Origin: Bigelowiella natans CCMP2755
Taxonomy: Eukaryota; Protista; Cercozoa
Assembly (NCBI GenBank): GCA_000320545.1
Contig: ADNK01001625.1
Location: 1 to 64,000, forward strand
Reading direction: 5' to 3'
DNA: 64,000 bases
Shown piece by piece: positions 22,317-36,448 of this stretch. Within the stretch, counting starts at the first letter, position 1; every line of letters starts with the position of its first letter. Both the position numbers and the translations under genes were made by a program. The notes beneath the pieces were generated by a model, which was not told the origin of the DNA, searched no databases, and saw only the letters and a list, made by a program, of their open reading frames with translations.

Positions 22317-23295
22317 CCTCTTTCTCTCTCACTAATCATGATTATTAGCTACGCGAAGAAGCAACAAACGATATAGAGCAACTAGGTGGAAAAGAGTCGT
22401 GGGCAGGGCAGGTATGTGGTGCAAGCATGCAAGTGTGTGTGTGTGTGTGTGTAGTAGTAGTAGTAGTTGTTGTTGTTGTTGTAGTATTAGTATAGAATTT
22501 GTGAATAATAATTTTAGTAAAAGGTAGTGGTACTTGTTGTTGTTCTAGAAATCCATCCGGTGATAGTAGAAACTACGGTGTTTGTGCCTAATGCTTACCG
22601 ACACTGTTGCTTCTACTAGTACTGCTACATATTGAATGGCCACGAGCATGCATGTGTCATCTCAATACCGGCATCGTAACTGTATGTAGTATCTATCATT
22701 ATTTTGTTATGATTATATGTTGTATCAACATTAGAGCGAAAGGACATTAAACGACAAGCTTAGAGAGCTATCCTGTCAAGTCAAAAGTACAATGAGGGAA
22801 AGAACACGGTGATCAAATGATATGAGTTATATACCTCGCTTGGTAGCTGCTACTGCTACAGCTGCTGCTGCTACCACCACTATAATTATGGCTACTACTA
22901 CTACTACTACTACTACTACGGCTACATCCACATAATCGATGAGGATCAATCATCATATTTCAGGTCCGAGGAGTTCGTTCGCAGAGAAAGCGTAATCCTA
23001 GACAACATTCGCATGGAGATGGGTAATGATAACGACAACAACTACAGCATCCGTATAGAAATACCAGTCATATTCAAAAGATAAATTACATTATCATTTA
23101 TAGTGTTTAATTCCCATTCCAGAGGAGAGAATGAATGTATTGATGATTTGGTTTTTGACTGCATTTTTAGGTCAACTGGAGCAGAAGTACAACCAAATTA
23201 AATCTTTAAGAGAGGTGAATGGTTATCTTCCAGAAGTTTGATTGATTGTGGGCTGTTTCATAATCTTGTCGTCAACTTTCGTTGGTATTAATCAC

Positions 23296-23369
<74 letters not shown>

Positions 23370-25252
23370 CACCAGTTGTAACTGATCGTGGAATTAGCAG
23401 TGGTGGTTGTATTGATAGTAGAGTGATGATATTTGATGGTTGCTAGGGTGGTGAATAAGCATAGTCTTTACTGTTTGTTAAACAGGATGCAGCCAGGAGA
23501 GTATCGATTATCAATGTAAGTAAGGAGAGAAGGAGACGAAGAAGAAGAAGAAAAAGAAGAAGAAGAAGAAGAAGAAGAAGAGAGCCGCTATGATGTATTC
23601 GCTAGAGATGACGATGACGAGATTTCTATTGAATCATTAGCAGCATCGTCATCATAGCAAAGAGTAGTTTGATTTGGTTATCATAATTGTCACATATTCA
23701 GTCGCTAATGCCCATAATATCTTAGGAAGCACGTGAGGCGTTAAACAATCGAGTAAAGCGAATAGTAATGGCGACTACTCAAGTGGCAGCAGAGCAGAAA
23801 CAGAAAGACCAACACGAAGACAGCAAAGAGAAAAAATCTCCCATATTAGGGTATATTGTCAAATAAAAACATGATAAAAACAAGAATCAATAATTCTGAA
23901 TAGTAACAGGGCTGCAGTAAATCTCATATATAGTTAGTAGTAGCAGCAGCAGCAGTAGTACTAGCATCAGTACTAGTACTAGAAGTACTGGTGTAGTGTA
24001 TCAGTAGTAATAATTTGTGGTGTAACATGTTTTGTAGTAGCCTAAAGTAGTAATAGTAAAATAAACGTATCACTAGGTATTATTATTTTTGGTTGTTCTT
24101 CATTTTAAAATTTGAAATCCTATTCATGTATTTGCCTCTTTTTGTTGTTGTTGTTGTTGTTGTTGTTGCCGTTGTCGGTGATAGATATCCCTGTAGTATC
24201 CCTGTGCGCTGTTGCGAAACAAAAGAAGAAGAAGGAGGTGTGAAGGAGAAGGAGGAGGAGGAGGAGGAGGAGGAGGATGTTGAGAAAACCTGCTGTAAAC
24301 CGTCATCATCCGAAGAAAATATTAGGAGTACACATTATGATGCTGTTGTTGCTACTACTACTTACTACTTCAGTTATTATATCCTAAGTTGTTGATATAT
24401 TGATGTTAGTTCTTTCAGTGAGTGGTGGTGGTGGTGGTGAATGGTAATGATGATGATGATGATGACGATGCTCCTACTTACTACTACTGCAATTAAAAGC
24501 AGTAGTCAGTCACTCACTATAATAACAACAGGACGACAACGAGGAGGAATAGGAGGTGGAAATGTTGAATGTTTTGGAAAAGCTACTGTGACAGCATTTC
24601 TGTTCTTATTTGAGCAACAAGAGCCAGAAAGGACAATATCAAAGGAGGAGGAGGCGTCATCGTCGTCATCGTCGTCATCCACAACTGCTCCTGGTATTGC
24701 TGTTCCTTCAACTAAAACTAGAAACAAGACAACAACCAACTCGGTTACTACTTCGCAAAATAATCGATTTTGCGTTGATATGGAGGACATCGAGGCTGTA
24801 GACTGGTGACTTGATAGTAGTAGTAGTAGTAGTAGTAGTTGTTGTTGTATGGCAGCAACGATATAATAGTAGTAGTAGTAGTAGTAGTAGCAGCAGTTGT
24901 ATGGCAGCAACGATAAATATAGGAAACATTGGTGGTAGTAGTAGTGGTGGTGCTTGGTGGTGCTTGGTGGAGATATGCTCTCTTCTTGTTGTTCTTCTTG
25001 CCGATGATTTCAATAAATAATAACCCTGTTGTCCCCACCCACCTTCTGTATACTGGGAACTTTCTTGCATAGCATAGTAGTAGTGGGATTAGTGAATATA
25101 ATTCATTTGAAAGAAAGAAAAAGGGAGAAAGTAAAAAGAAGAAAGTGAGAAGGAGGAGGAGGAGGAGGACGATAATGATGCATCATGCATGCACGCTTGC
25201 TACTGCCAACAACCATGAATAGAACAAAATGCATAATAATATTAATATTATA

Positions 25253-25284
<32 letters not shown>

Positions 25285-25909
25285 TCAATATGGCATTGCA
25301 ACCACGTGGGCAGTGGCGCCATTATAGTTATTATTATTATTATTATTGATGTTATTATCTCTATACTGTAACTGCTGGTAATGGTGCTACATAATACAAC
25401 AAGAAGTTGTAGTAGTACTGAAGCAATGCTTAATTCTTTAACAAAGGAGGAATCCTGAGAAAAAGTCAAGATCCCATGATAGGAAAAATAGTATGTTGCG
25501 AGTTTCTATACGCAAGGTAGTAGCAGTAGTAGTAGTAGAAGAAGAAGAAGTAGAAGTGGTTGGAAGAAAGATATATGGTTTTATTATTGTTTGTGCGATC
25601 ATTCTTTGCCGCAACAATACTAACGTCTTCTCACAAGAATTTACCACATCTCTCATTCTCTCTCTCTCTCCCCCCTCTCCTTCCTATATATCAGGGACAT
25701 ACGAATCGTTTCGAGTCATCGTTTGTTCACGAGGAGGTGGGTTGATTTGTTGCTGGTGCTACTGTTGTGTACTATCACAAATGACTATCATCGTAGTCGT
25801 TGTAGTAAATTCTCTATAATAATGATAACAACAACAATAATAATTGTAATAATAATAATAATACACCGACTCGGTTCATCATCTGTAGACATTATCATCA
25901 TCACTTCAT

Positions 25910-25945
<36 letters not shown>

Positions 25946-26223
25946 CAGCATGTATTATATAATGATATTAGATTACGTGCTCAATACATTGCTGTGTCAT
26001 TCATTCTATTGTGGTGGTATTTCCATCCTCCTCATCCTCCTCCTCCTCCTCCTCCTCCTCCTCCTTCGTTCTCTCATTCTTATTCTAAATTCTACATTTA
26101 TAATAATAATAGAGTGACAAAAGCGGCGGCATATTAGAAGAAGAAGAAACTGAGGTGGGAGGCAATCCACGTCGGGTGATAGCGATTTTCTCCAGGTATT
26201 ATTTGTTGTTATTTGAGGTTATG

Positions 26224-26256
<33 letters not shown>

Positions 26257-26442
26257 AGTACTGTCTTAAATTATTTAACACGTGCTACGAATTAGAATTC
26301 GCATTTCTACATCTTGTTTATGCTACTTCTTCTATTTCAGTGAGAATGATGATGAGAGCCTGAACGAATTCTATGAGCTCCTCAAATTGGTAACAAAAAC
26401 AATAATTTAATGGTGTGAGAGGAATAATAAATAATTGGGATA

Positions 26443-26474
<32 letters not shown>

Positions 26475-27357
26475 AATGGGTAGTCGAGTAGTATTGGTAG
26501 TAGAAGCCATCCGCAACCCGATAGTTTGTATACATGACGTATTTATATATAATAATAATAATAATAACTAGCAATGGTCGTTGGAATTGGTTTAGAATCT
26601 TCCTCACACCCTCGATGATAAGACTAAATTTAGCGCTCCGCTTTCTTTCTCATCATGTCAAATTTATTCAAAATGGAAAAGGGACTGCTGCTGCATCAAG
26701 CGACAAAATCTGCACTTCCAGAAGATTACTCGATTTTCCCAAGGTTTTGCTGATGATATTATTTTAGATGACTCCGCTTCTTGGTGCTAATAATAATATT
26801 ATTATCATCATCATTATTATCATATGTTCATGTGATGATTGGTCTGTTTTTTTTCTATTTCAATTTTTTGGATTATGATTTATTAGTTTTTGGTATAATT
26901 GCGTGGTCAGTAATATTTCTAACAAGTTGAATGCGCGATCTATGCATCGTTACCATAATAATCAGAAACTCTTCAATAGAAGGAGGAGGAGGAGGAGCTG
27001 CTACGAATGCTGCTGCTGCACCATTGAAGAGCAGCTCATTAACCCAAAAAACAACTTCTTTTTTTACGGCTGGAGTGAGTTCTCTATTTGGTGTTGGTAG
27101 TAGTAGTAATAGTAGTAGTAGCAATGGTAATAGTAGCAGTAGAAGTAGAGATAGCAGCAGTAGCATCATCGGTAATAAGAAAAGCAAGAAGGACAAAAAA
27201 GATGCTTCAGGAGATGGCAATGGACAATTATCAAAGGTAAAAGTGGTTGGTAATTATGATACCATGATCATGACGATGATTAACACAATGGAGGAGGAAG
27301 AGGACAGAACAAGAATTGAAGCAAATAATGGCATTTGAATAGAAACAGATTATTTAC

Positions 27358-27429
<72 letters not shown>

Positions 27430-28260
27430 ACGTTGTTGTTTCTCGTCTTGTAAAAAAAATTGATGTACGTTATTATGATGGATGTATTATCTTTTGTGAT
27501 TTGTTAATAATTAGGAGTCATCATTATCAGCAGCACCATCCCCACCATTACCAGATCTTATTATTCAAGGTATGATGATGATCACACATGCTTATGATCT
27601 ACTACCGTTTTAGATGTTGCTTCTCCCCCTTCTTTTTCTTTTGTTTGCTTATGACATTAAATGTTATTGTTGGTGGTCAGAGTCGTAAATATTAGTTATT
27701 CAACCTTCTTCTATCCCAACATCATAACAATGCACGAATACGTACGTAGTACTACTACAACGGTGATGCTGATGATGAGTTATTTAATTGTTTCCTTTCA
27801 AAAAGATCAAATGAAACACATCTACATATAAGCCGCCTCCTTTTTCATATCGATACTACATTAGTAGTAGTAGCCGTCTCTAAAGTAAATCTTACAGTCA
27901 TAACTGCTTTCTTGCTACTCGCCTCTTCTGTTTTGGCCGCGATGAAGCAAACAGCCATAACCGCATTTAATTCACGATAACCACAATAATAGGAACATCC
28001 AAGATTGCCTCAGCCAATACTATCAGACGGGTAAACAACAGACAGATAAACTGACAGTTTTTCTTCAATTCGTAGAGATATATGATGCTTGTGTGTGTGT
28101 GTGTGTGTATAGATATTGTCATCTACGTTCACGTTAATTTGTAGTAGTTTCGTATGTGTTATATGTATGTGTGCTGCTGTTTATCGAATCTAGTAATGAT
28201 TGATCATAAGTAAATAAGGTAGTTTTGTAGCTACGGCTATACCTGCTACTACTACTACTG

Positions 28261-28293
<33 letters not shown>

Positions 28294-30151
28294 GATTCCA
28301 CTTCTTCTAAACCATTGCAGATCGTGAGTTTAGCTCCTACAAATCTACACATTGAAGATTGGAAGCTCTTTTACTCATTGCAAGTAGTAGGATTGATATC
28401 ATCATCATCAGTTGATTCTCTTCTGTATTAGCTGCTAGAGAATATTGAGTTCTCGTTACTACTGCAATTATTAATGACGGCTGCATAAATGAATGAATAG
28501 CAAGCAGCAGCAAATCTATGCATGAAGGTGCTGTTGATAAATTGGTACGAAAACTGCTAAAGTCATCATCCTCATCACCAAAAACATCAGGATGGAGCGG
28601 ATCTACAGAAAATGTATAGATCTGTGAGGGGAATGAGGGATACAATATTGCTGATTCAGGTATTTTGTTGTTGTTGATGATGTTGATGATGCTGATTGGA
28701 CTAATCATTCATACGAAGATGGCAATGTTATTGTCATCGTCACCATCATCATCATCATCACCATCATCCATCATCATCACCATCACCACATAAAGTACTC
28801 ATGATAGGATTCCAGCAGAAGCGTGTTTGGAGTCTTCAATTCAAGCTATTACACAGGTGAGGATGAATGCGAATAATGTCTTTCTCCTCTGATTGTTAAA
28901 CAGAAACAGCAAACAATGTTGATGTGTGCTGTTTTAAAATGGATGATGTATTATTATGTGGATGATAGTTGAAGATAACTACTATGGAAATGGTCTTAGC
29001 TTCGTTTTTAAGGTTATTGAAGAAGTAGTAGTAGTAGTAGTTCACATTGCTCGGGGGGACTTAGAATTATATTGTTTATATTGCCTTACTGCTGTATACT
29101 ATTGTCTTTTTTCGGGTGATACTAGTACTAACTCTTCCTCCTCCTCCTACTACTAATATAACTTCTCAGTGTAGTAGTAGCAGTGGTAAGTTCAGTCCTC
29201 CTAGTAGAATATCATCAAGACGATCTCGTTCGAATTTATGATCGATCACCATAATGCTATCATCACCATTTCCCCACATTATCACTACTACTTATTTAGA
29301 TAAAACTTTTGCATCTTTTTAGATTGAGAAGAAGGATAAAGACGTGGAAAGCAGAGGCCAAGCACCACTTCAAGAGATAAGGGTCATAAAATTGAGCAAA
29401 TAGAGAAGATAAAGATGATGATGATAATCATATAAAGACAACAATGAGAAAGCAGTCTAAATATCATCTAAGAATTATAATACTGATGAAACTACAGGTC
29501 AGAGAAAAGCCAATACAAAAACGATATTACTTTTTGCTTTTCCCCTATTTTCTTGTGGAATATCAAACAAATAATATGGTACAGGGTGTGGAGAAGTATG
29601 GATGGAGTGGTGATAACGAACTCTTCATCTTATGTAAAAGGTATTTAAAGTAACTCTCCGTAGTGGTAGTAGTAGTAGTAGTAGTCGTAGTAGTGATAAT
29701 AGTGACAACTATGCAGTCTTATAAAGAAGCAGTAGATGGAGTAATAGGTTTGCTTTTTCAAATTGATCTACCGACTATTTTCAAGAAATAAAGAGAGGGA
29801 TGTGTATTCTGAGCTCAGTAGGAGAACAACAATCGTTCAAATTTTGTATCAAAGCTTCATCAAAACTTTATAAAACTCATACATCTCATTCATCTAGTCA
29901 TTCTTTGGCGTTCGGCGGTGGTGGCGACGGGGGAAATGCAATTCGATTAGATAAGAATCTTTGCTCAGGGTAATGTCGTCGATCACAACATGCATGAGCA
30001 GCAGCAAACTTATTAATTCAAGTTGAGAATATTGCCACTTATTTCATGTAGGTCTACTGAGAAATGCGCTACTTTCTCCTCACCAGAACTTTCAGATGTT
30101 GCGGAGTTTAAAATATATAGAGTTGAACTTTGGGGACCTGCTCCCATGTAG
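20716..30151 (+). CDS. OXR1/NCOA7-like TLDc-domain protein with N-terminal coiled-coil region, multi-exon; 5' end approximate
   Basis: C-terminal exons are TLDc hallmarks: EDWKLFYSL, DNYYGNGLSFVFK, KYGWSGDNELFILCK, SLAFGGGGDGGNAIRLDKNL, STEKCATFSSPELS...FKIYRVELWG. Stop at 30149-30151. Upstream exons are heptad-rich (QMEHNIRSIEGGIRMFEGELK, EIKELQLRLAKL). Confidence 0.75.
21415..21542. repeat. Exact 64-bp tandem duplication
   Basis: ttgttgaataat...gatgtagagaga at 21415-21478 and 21479-21542. Confidence 0.95.
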
Positions 30152-30154
30152 GAG

Positions 30155-31260
30155 GCTAGCTAGGTGGTGGGGTTTTAGGTATTAGCGATCATAATCATCG
30201 AAGTATTCATATTACTCATTTAGTCTCGGAATGCATGTTGAGCATGAAACGGGTTCGTTATACAGAGCTAGCTAGCAGGGCTTAATAATTGGTTCTTTAT
30301 TCAATTAACATTTCGAGATTTATGTATAATAGCTAGATATGTATAGTGACGCGCGCGTGCAATGGCTGGAACGACACGATCATTCGCAATAATTTAGCAA
30401 TCTAGCAATTTGCATGCTGCGACGCGTAGAATCAATTAGACGACAACAGCTAGCGTTATTCGATTAAAAGGTGCCTCGGTGCGATGCGGGCGTCCTGCTA
30501 GCTGTGTGTCAGTTTTCGTGCTAGCAGCGCGCATGCTATGTACGTCGTAGCTGCGCTGCTGGCTCGCTCTGTCGTATAGCCTTGCGATGCGATGCTAGCA
30601 GCTAGATGACTGCACGCATCTGCGCTGATGCTAGTAGTGCGCTAGCTAGCTAGTAGTAGCCACTAGCATAGCTAGCATAGCTAGGCTACCTGCTACCTAC
30701 TATAACTATATACATCTAGATGTTGCTGCAGTAGGCCATCTAGCCGCCATCATGCTATAGCATGCATGCATGCGCATGCTACGTACGCTAACATGACGTA
30801 CATCATCCAATGATGCTATCTAGCTATGTTTCGAATCATCTCTATCTAGATCTGCACAACATATATCTAGCAGTGTGATAGAATGGCTGATGGGCTCTAT
30901 TATGAATGGTCATCAGCTAAGTTAGACATGCTAGCTACATCAGCCTATCTAGCTATAGGCGGACACCGCACTGCTCCAATCTAGCGCAATGTCAAATTTG
31001 TATCATGCACCGCGAACTAGCTAGGCGCATCAACCGGCACATACATCTAAACATGTCGATGTTCGTTGTATACACATTGCGACTGAGCCAATGGCAAGTT
31101 TCTACCGACACAGTTTGACACAGTTTGTCTTACAATTTGCTCACTCACATGTGTTCTCAACACATGATACAATTCGCCTACTACACAAAATGTAACTTAG
31201 AATGCTGACCATCGGTGTATAAAATTGACGTCTTGAACACTGTAATGGCTATGCTACAAC
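30155..31260. other. Intergenic island with CTAG scars and short duplications
   Basis: caat-CTAG-caat (~30397), ctat-CTAG-ctat twice (~30816, ~30945), (CTAG)n and (GCAT)n runs. Confidence 0.85.
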
Positions 31261-31310
31261 CCGCTGCCTAACTGGTTCGGGATGAGACCGACCTTGGTGA
31301 CTTAATCAAT

Positions 31311-34265
31311 TTAAACCTTATCAGAGTAGTCTTCGAGCAGAGGCATTATCAGTTTCAGACCCTTACGTTTACGTACTTCGAGTGCCTTCTCAACAGCAAA
31401 GCTACCCTCAATAGGCATCAACTTCTTGAGCTTAGGATCCTCAGCATACATTTCTCCGTTCATGAGCTGCCAGTGGGAGAAAATCATCTGTGGGAAAGCC
31501 ATACCGGAAGTGTTCTCACGGAGGAGTCCAGTAAAACCGAAGGACTCCAAGACAGGCAAGAAGGCCTTGATCTGTGTGAGAGGAGTTCCTGATCGTTGAA
31601 CTTCCTCGCTTACTTCACCACGACGCTGGGAAAGTGTGTTGTAAACTCCATTGAGACCATCCATAGGAACAGTGATATCGCAAAGGAACATAGGCTCCAT
31701 CAGGCGAGGACCTGAAGCAATCTGGCAACCGAAGATAGCACGTTTCATCGGAGGCATAATTTGTCCTGCACCACGGTGGATAGCATCGGCATGGAGGACA
31801 ACATCGTTAACTTCAACCATCATTCCTCGGATAGCCTCACCACACAAGACTCCTGCGCACATAGCTTGCTGGAATGCAGTCTTAGTGGAATCCTTAATTT
31901 CGTTCAAATAAGCGACTCCCTTAGTCATATCGATCAGCAAGTTGTTCTTAGCATCTTCGATACCAAAGGACCAAATCTTACGAGCAGATTGAAGATCAAG
32001 TTCTCCCTTGGTTTCATCTACGATAATGCGGGCACGTTTCTTGAAGTCCTGGTTTTGGGTGATCATACCCTCATCGATCAAGTCGACAAGAATTTTCGAC
32101 ATATTTCTTGCTGTGATATAGAGACGGTTGTGCTTGTTTGCAGACTTTCCAACAATATCCTTAGGTGTCTCCTTTGTGATGGTCTCACAGAACGAGACCA
32201 CAGGCTGCCCCTCGACAATCGGTGCCCCCTTCATATACTGTTCAGCAAGATCTTTCAGGCAAATCTGAAGGTGCAGCTCACCACATCCCGCGATAATGTG
32301 TTCTCCGGTCTTTGCAGTGTAGCATTGAACGAGAGGGTCGGACTTGGAGAGACGCTTAAGACCTTCCATTAGCTTGGGTAGATCAGCAGCGTTCTTCACG
32401 TCGACAGAAACCTTGACGACAGGAGAAACACTGTATTTCATATCGACGAAGTTGTGTGCCTTATCATAGGTAGTAATAGTTCCTGACTTGGTGAGATACT
32501 GGTCAACACCAACAAGACCACAGGTGTTTCCACAAGGAACATCAGGAAGCTGCTCAACGTAGCGTCCCATCATAAGAATGGTTCGCTGAATCTTCTTAAT
32601 GTGAAGATCGGTCTTACGTCCAGGGGTATAATCAGGACCCTGAATGCGAACCTCCATACCTGTAGCTACGGTACCGGAGAAAACACGACCAAAAGCGTAG
32701 AAACGTCCCTTTTCATTAGTAGGAATCATCTTGGAGATGTACATCATCAGAGGTCCCTTCGGGTTACAGGTGGAAATGGCCCTTGCAGCTTCGTCGTCAA
32801 GAGGACCCGAGTACAAGTTTGATACACGGTATTTCTGAGCCTTTGCTGGGGATGGGAGGAAATGAGCAATCATTCCAAGAAGTGCCTGAGCAGCTGGAAG
32901 CCAGGTTTGCATAATGCGCTTAAGAAGAGGCTTACGGGTTAGATCGCGGGCGTCCTTAGGAATGGTAATCTCAATGTTTTCAAGAATTTTGTCATACACT
33001 TCCTTCTTGTCATTCATTACTGCATCCATGAGTTCCCCAATAGGTTCCATGATCAGCTTGCAGAAAGCACGCTTTCGAGCCTTTCCAGTCTTCGAATTGA
33101 ACTGTTTCTTGAAGAACTTGTCTTTCTTTGACATGTAGTTCTCACCCCATAGCTTGTGCATAGTCTCCACACGAGACATGTTCAGCTTCTTAGAGTACAT
33201 GTGGGAGAACGTATGGGTAGTGAAACCCCAACCGTGAAGTCCAGATCCGAAACCAACAGTCCCCTTTTCTGGTGAAACGCTGATCTCTCCAAGAAGGTCA
33301 TCTTGGTAGTTCGCAATGATTACGTTTGCGGATTCGATAGCGCGGGAGAAGGATTGATAAGCTTCCTCAGCAGGCATATGAAGCTCCAAGAAGATACGGT
33401 CAAGTTTGTTCACCCAGAGAACTGGACGAATACGCTCTGCAATTGCTTGGCGGAGGACAGTTTCTGTTTGTACGCACACACCCTCGATGCAGTCAACCAC
33501 CACCAAAGCTCCATCCGTAACACGAAGAGCTGCTGTCACTTCGGAAGAGAAGTCAACGTGACCTGATAGTAGGTTTCAGGAGTAAATCCAGAAAGGAAAA
33601 GAAGGAATAACAAGGAAGAGAAAACGGATTAGCTTCACGGAGATGGGATGGTCTAGCAGTTCTCATCAAAATTTACCAGGGGAGTCGATAAGGTTAATAA
33701 GGAAAGGAACTTTTTCCTCGCCAGTTTTCTTCTCAGTGAAAGCTGCCTGGCATTCGGCTGGTTCCCACTCTTTGATGGCAGCCATCTTAGTTTTGTATTC
33801 TTCTCCTTCACGATCCTTTTTCTTCGTTTGTTCCTTAAGGTTTACTTTCTTAATTTCCTTCTGACGAGTAACGAAACCTTTCTTGGGCACGCTGAAGAAA
33901 AGGGAAACACCAGTGGATTTAATGGTGATGGTACGGTCCTGCTCATCCTCACGAGTGTCCATGAAACGGGTGTCACCAGCTTTCTTCTCCGCAATAATTC
34001 CGGCAGCACCGATAAGGGAGTCGGTCAAAGTGGATTTACCGTGGTCGACGTGTGCAATGACGGACAAACAACGAATGTTGTCGGACTTGGACATCATGCC
34101 ACGGATCTCATCGACAGTAAAGTTTACCTGTGAAAGGCAAACAACTTCAGGGAAGACGACTAAACAAAACTAGACACAGCAACATCCCTCCTCTTGACCA
34201 CAGATTATCGCTAAATTGATTAGATATCCAACACAGAGGGATCTTCAATGCGTATTGTTTACCAT
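31311..34265 (-). CDS. EEF2: Eukaryotic translation elongation factor 2; exons 34263-34265, 33677-34127, 31311-33562
   Basis: [52 protein letters not shown], diphthamide loop [15 protein letters not shown]. Two GT-AG introns at 34128-34262 and 33563-33676. Confidence 0.98.
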
Positions 34266-35601
34266 GTTGACGTAGATTTAGCCAGGTGTTCGTCCCTTTT
34301 ACGCTAATTCGAATAGGTGAGGGGGGGTGCGGAGATATAGGTGGTCCGAACTGCCTTTAGTGCCGTAGGCCGTAATTGAGACTTCCTCGTTGCTGCTGAC
34401 CACGTTCGCAGGCAACGTTCATTGTATTTTTACCGAGCGACAACACACAATTTTATCAATAATATTGATAATCTCTCGGCTTTTTTCCAATTATTACAAG
34501 CATATTTTTCTTATTACTGTACAAATATTCATAAATTAATTTCATTATTTAAGATAAGTAAGTTTTTTGTAATATATAAATCTTACTTAAATTTTGGATC
34601 GCAGTTATCAAATTGCATTCAATTTATCTTATTTGGAGGATTCGAGTTTGCTGGATGCATGTGGTATTCTACTCAGATAAATATCGATCAATAATTGAAA
34701 TAAAATATCCTTTTAAGACAAAATATACACTAATTTGAGTAAATATGAAATATATCGCAATATATTTAAAGATTATGAGCATTCTCGCTGCTGAAATACT
34801 AGCTTACTCGTAAAGAAATCGAAATATCAAATTAATATCAATACACTTAAATTTCCGAAATAAAAAATAGATGTATATCTAGCTCAATGAGAACGAAAAC
34901 AATGCAAATATGCTATTTATTTACGGGATCAACTATATTCTAACAAGATCCTAAAGGCTGAATTAGGGTTTGCACAGACCCAAAAGGATATGCAATGTCT
35001 CTTGCTACTCTCTTCAAAGTTATTTCAGATTCAAAATTAATATTTGTCTTCATAATGCCTGATATTTACCACAATATGTAGAATTTTTTGTAAATTTGAT
35101 ATTTTTAGAGGAATGTTTGTGGATAATGTTCAGTAAGATGTAATATATAAATCTAGAAAAAATATTACCGAGAAGGTTTGAGAAGCATATGCACTTCTAT
35201 TTTTTGTAAACAATGTGCTTGATACCCTATTTTCTTACAGGAAGGCAATGGTTTGAGAGGCACATCTCTTGATCTTCTTTTTTGTAGTTGGCTCGGCCGA
35301 TAAATTAAATACTTCATTTCCCCGTGGCTTCCTATTGTTGAAAATGTGGGAAATTTTTAGTCCAGGAGAAAGACCTGCAGATCGCGATTTAATTGGATTT
35401 TTCCAAAATAATATCCCAAAGTCGGCCGATAAGTTAATATCGGAGAATCGGAGAATTTGAGCAGGTGACGGTGGGAAGCGCTTGGTGTGGTGGGGGTGGG
35501 GATCCAAACTGGTTCTTTGTTATTGAGTCTGGTTCAGCATTTATAGCTCAATTATTTAGTCAAAGCAATGTATGTGATATATTAATAAATTTCTTAGAAA
35601 A

Positions 35602-36102
35602 ATGCCTCTTCCATCGTCGGACCTCAAGTGGCTTCTTATCCGCAAGCACAACTCTTTTCAAATCAAAAAAGACGGGATCACATTTACAACCGAGCCATGC
35701 AATCCAACAAACATTAGGTTCGGTTATATTAACACTGTTCTATTATGAAATTTCTTATTTTGTGTTGCGTTTAGCTCGTTCAAATTCTCTGGCCTCGCGA
35801 ATGACAAGTCTGTTAGCGTTTCCAGTGTTAACGGAGAGAAAAAGGGGATTGAACTCATTGTAAAAAGCAAGAACGGTTCCAAGCCAAAGCGTACATTCTC
35901 AAAATATGGTTTGAAACGCTACGGCAATAAAAAGAATGTTTCCGCCATTGAAAAAGCAACAAAACTTAACTACTATCGTGGGGATCTCACAAAGGCTACT
36001 GTCGCAAGATACTTGAAACTCAGAGCTGCACTTAACACCAAGCACACCGACATCAAAACCATAATTGCGGCTATGAAAGGAAAGGAAGATAAGGACGAGT
36101 AA
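35602..36102 (+). CDS. RPL28: 60S ribosomal protein L28 (eL28), intron 35718-35774
   Basis: MPLPSSDLKWLLIRKHNSFQIKK...FTTEPCNPTNISSFKFSGLANDK...YYRGDLTKATVAR matches eL28 (S.DL.W..IR.NNSF, EP.N..N..S.K.SGL, YYR.DL). Confidence 0.92.
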
Positions 36103-36199
36103 AATGGACAAATTCAATTTTTAGTTCAAGAAGCGCTTGCAGCCTGTCCTGCGTAAACTCTAGTGTCCTTTTTTATACACTCCCCCCCTTCATTCACAC

Positions 36200-36411
36200 A
36201 TTCTACTCGTATAGCATGCACGCGTGAATACACTTAGATGGAAACATCATGCGTAATCGACTTGACAATGATATGCGAGATCACGTCCATTGGATTCTGA
36301 GATCATGTACGTTCATTGAGACTCGCTTTGCGTCCACCTGCACGCAGGCAGATCTGGAGAGTACATGCATGCTCATACACCCATACACACAGTGTGCAAT
36401 AATGAGCAATG

Positions 36412-36448
<37 letters not shown>

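Noticed and set aside
31651-34173. Plus-strand ORFs over EEF2
   Set aside because: Antisense shadows of a codon-biased gene.
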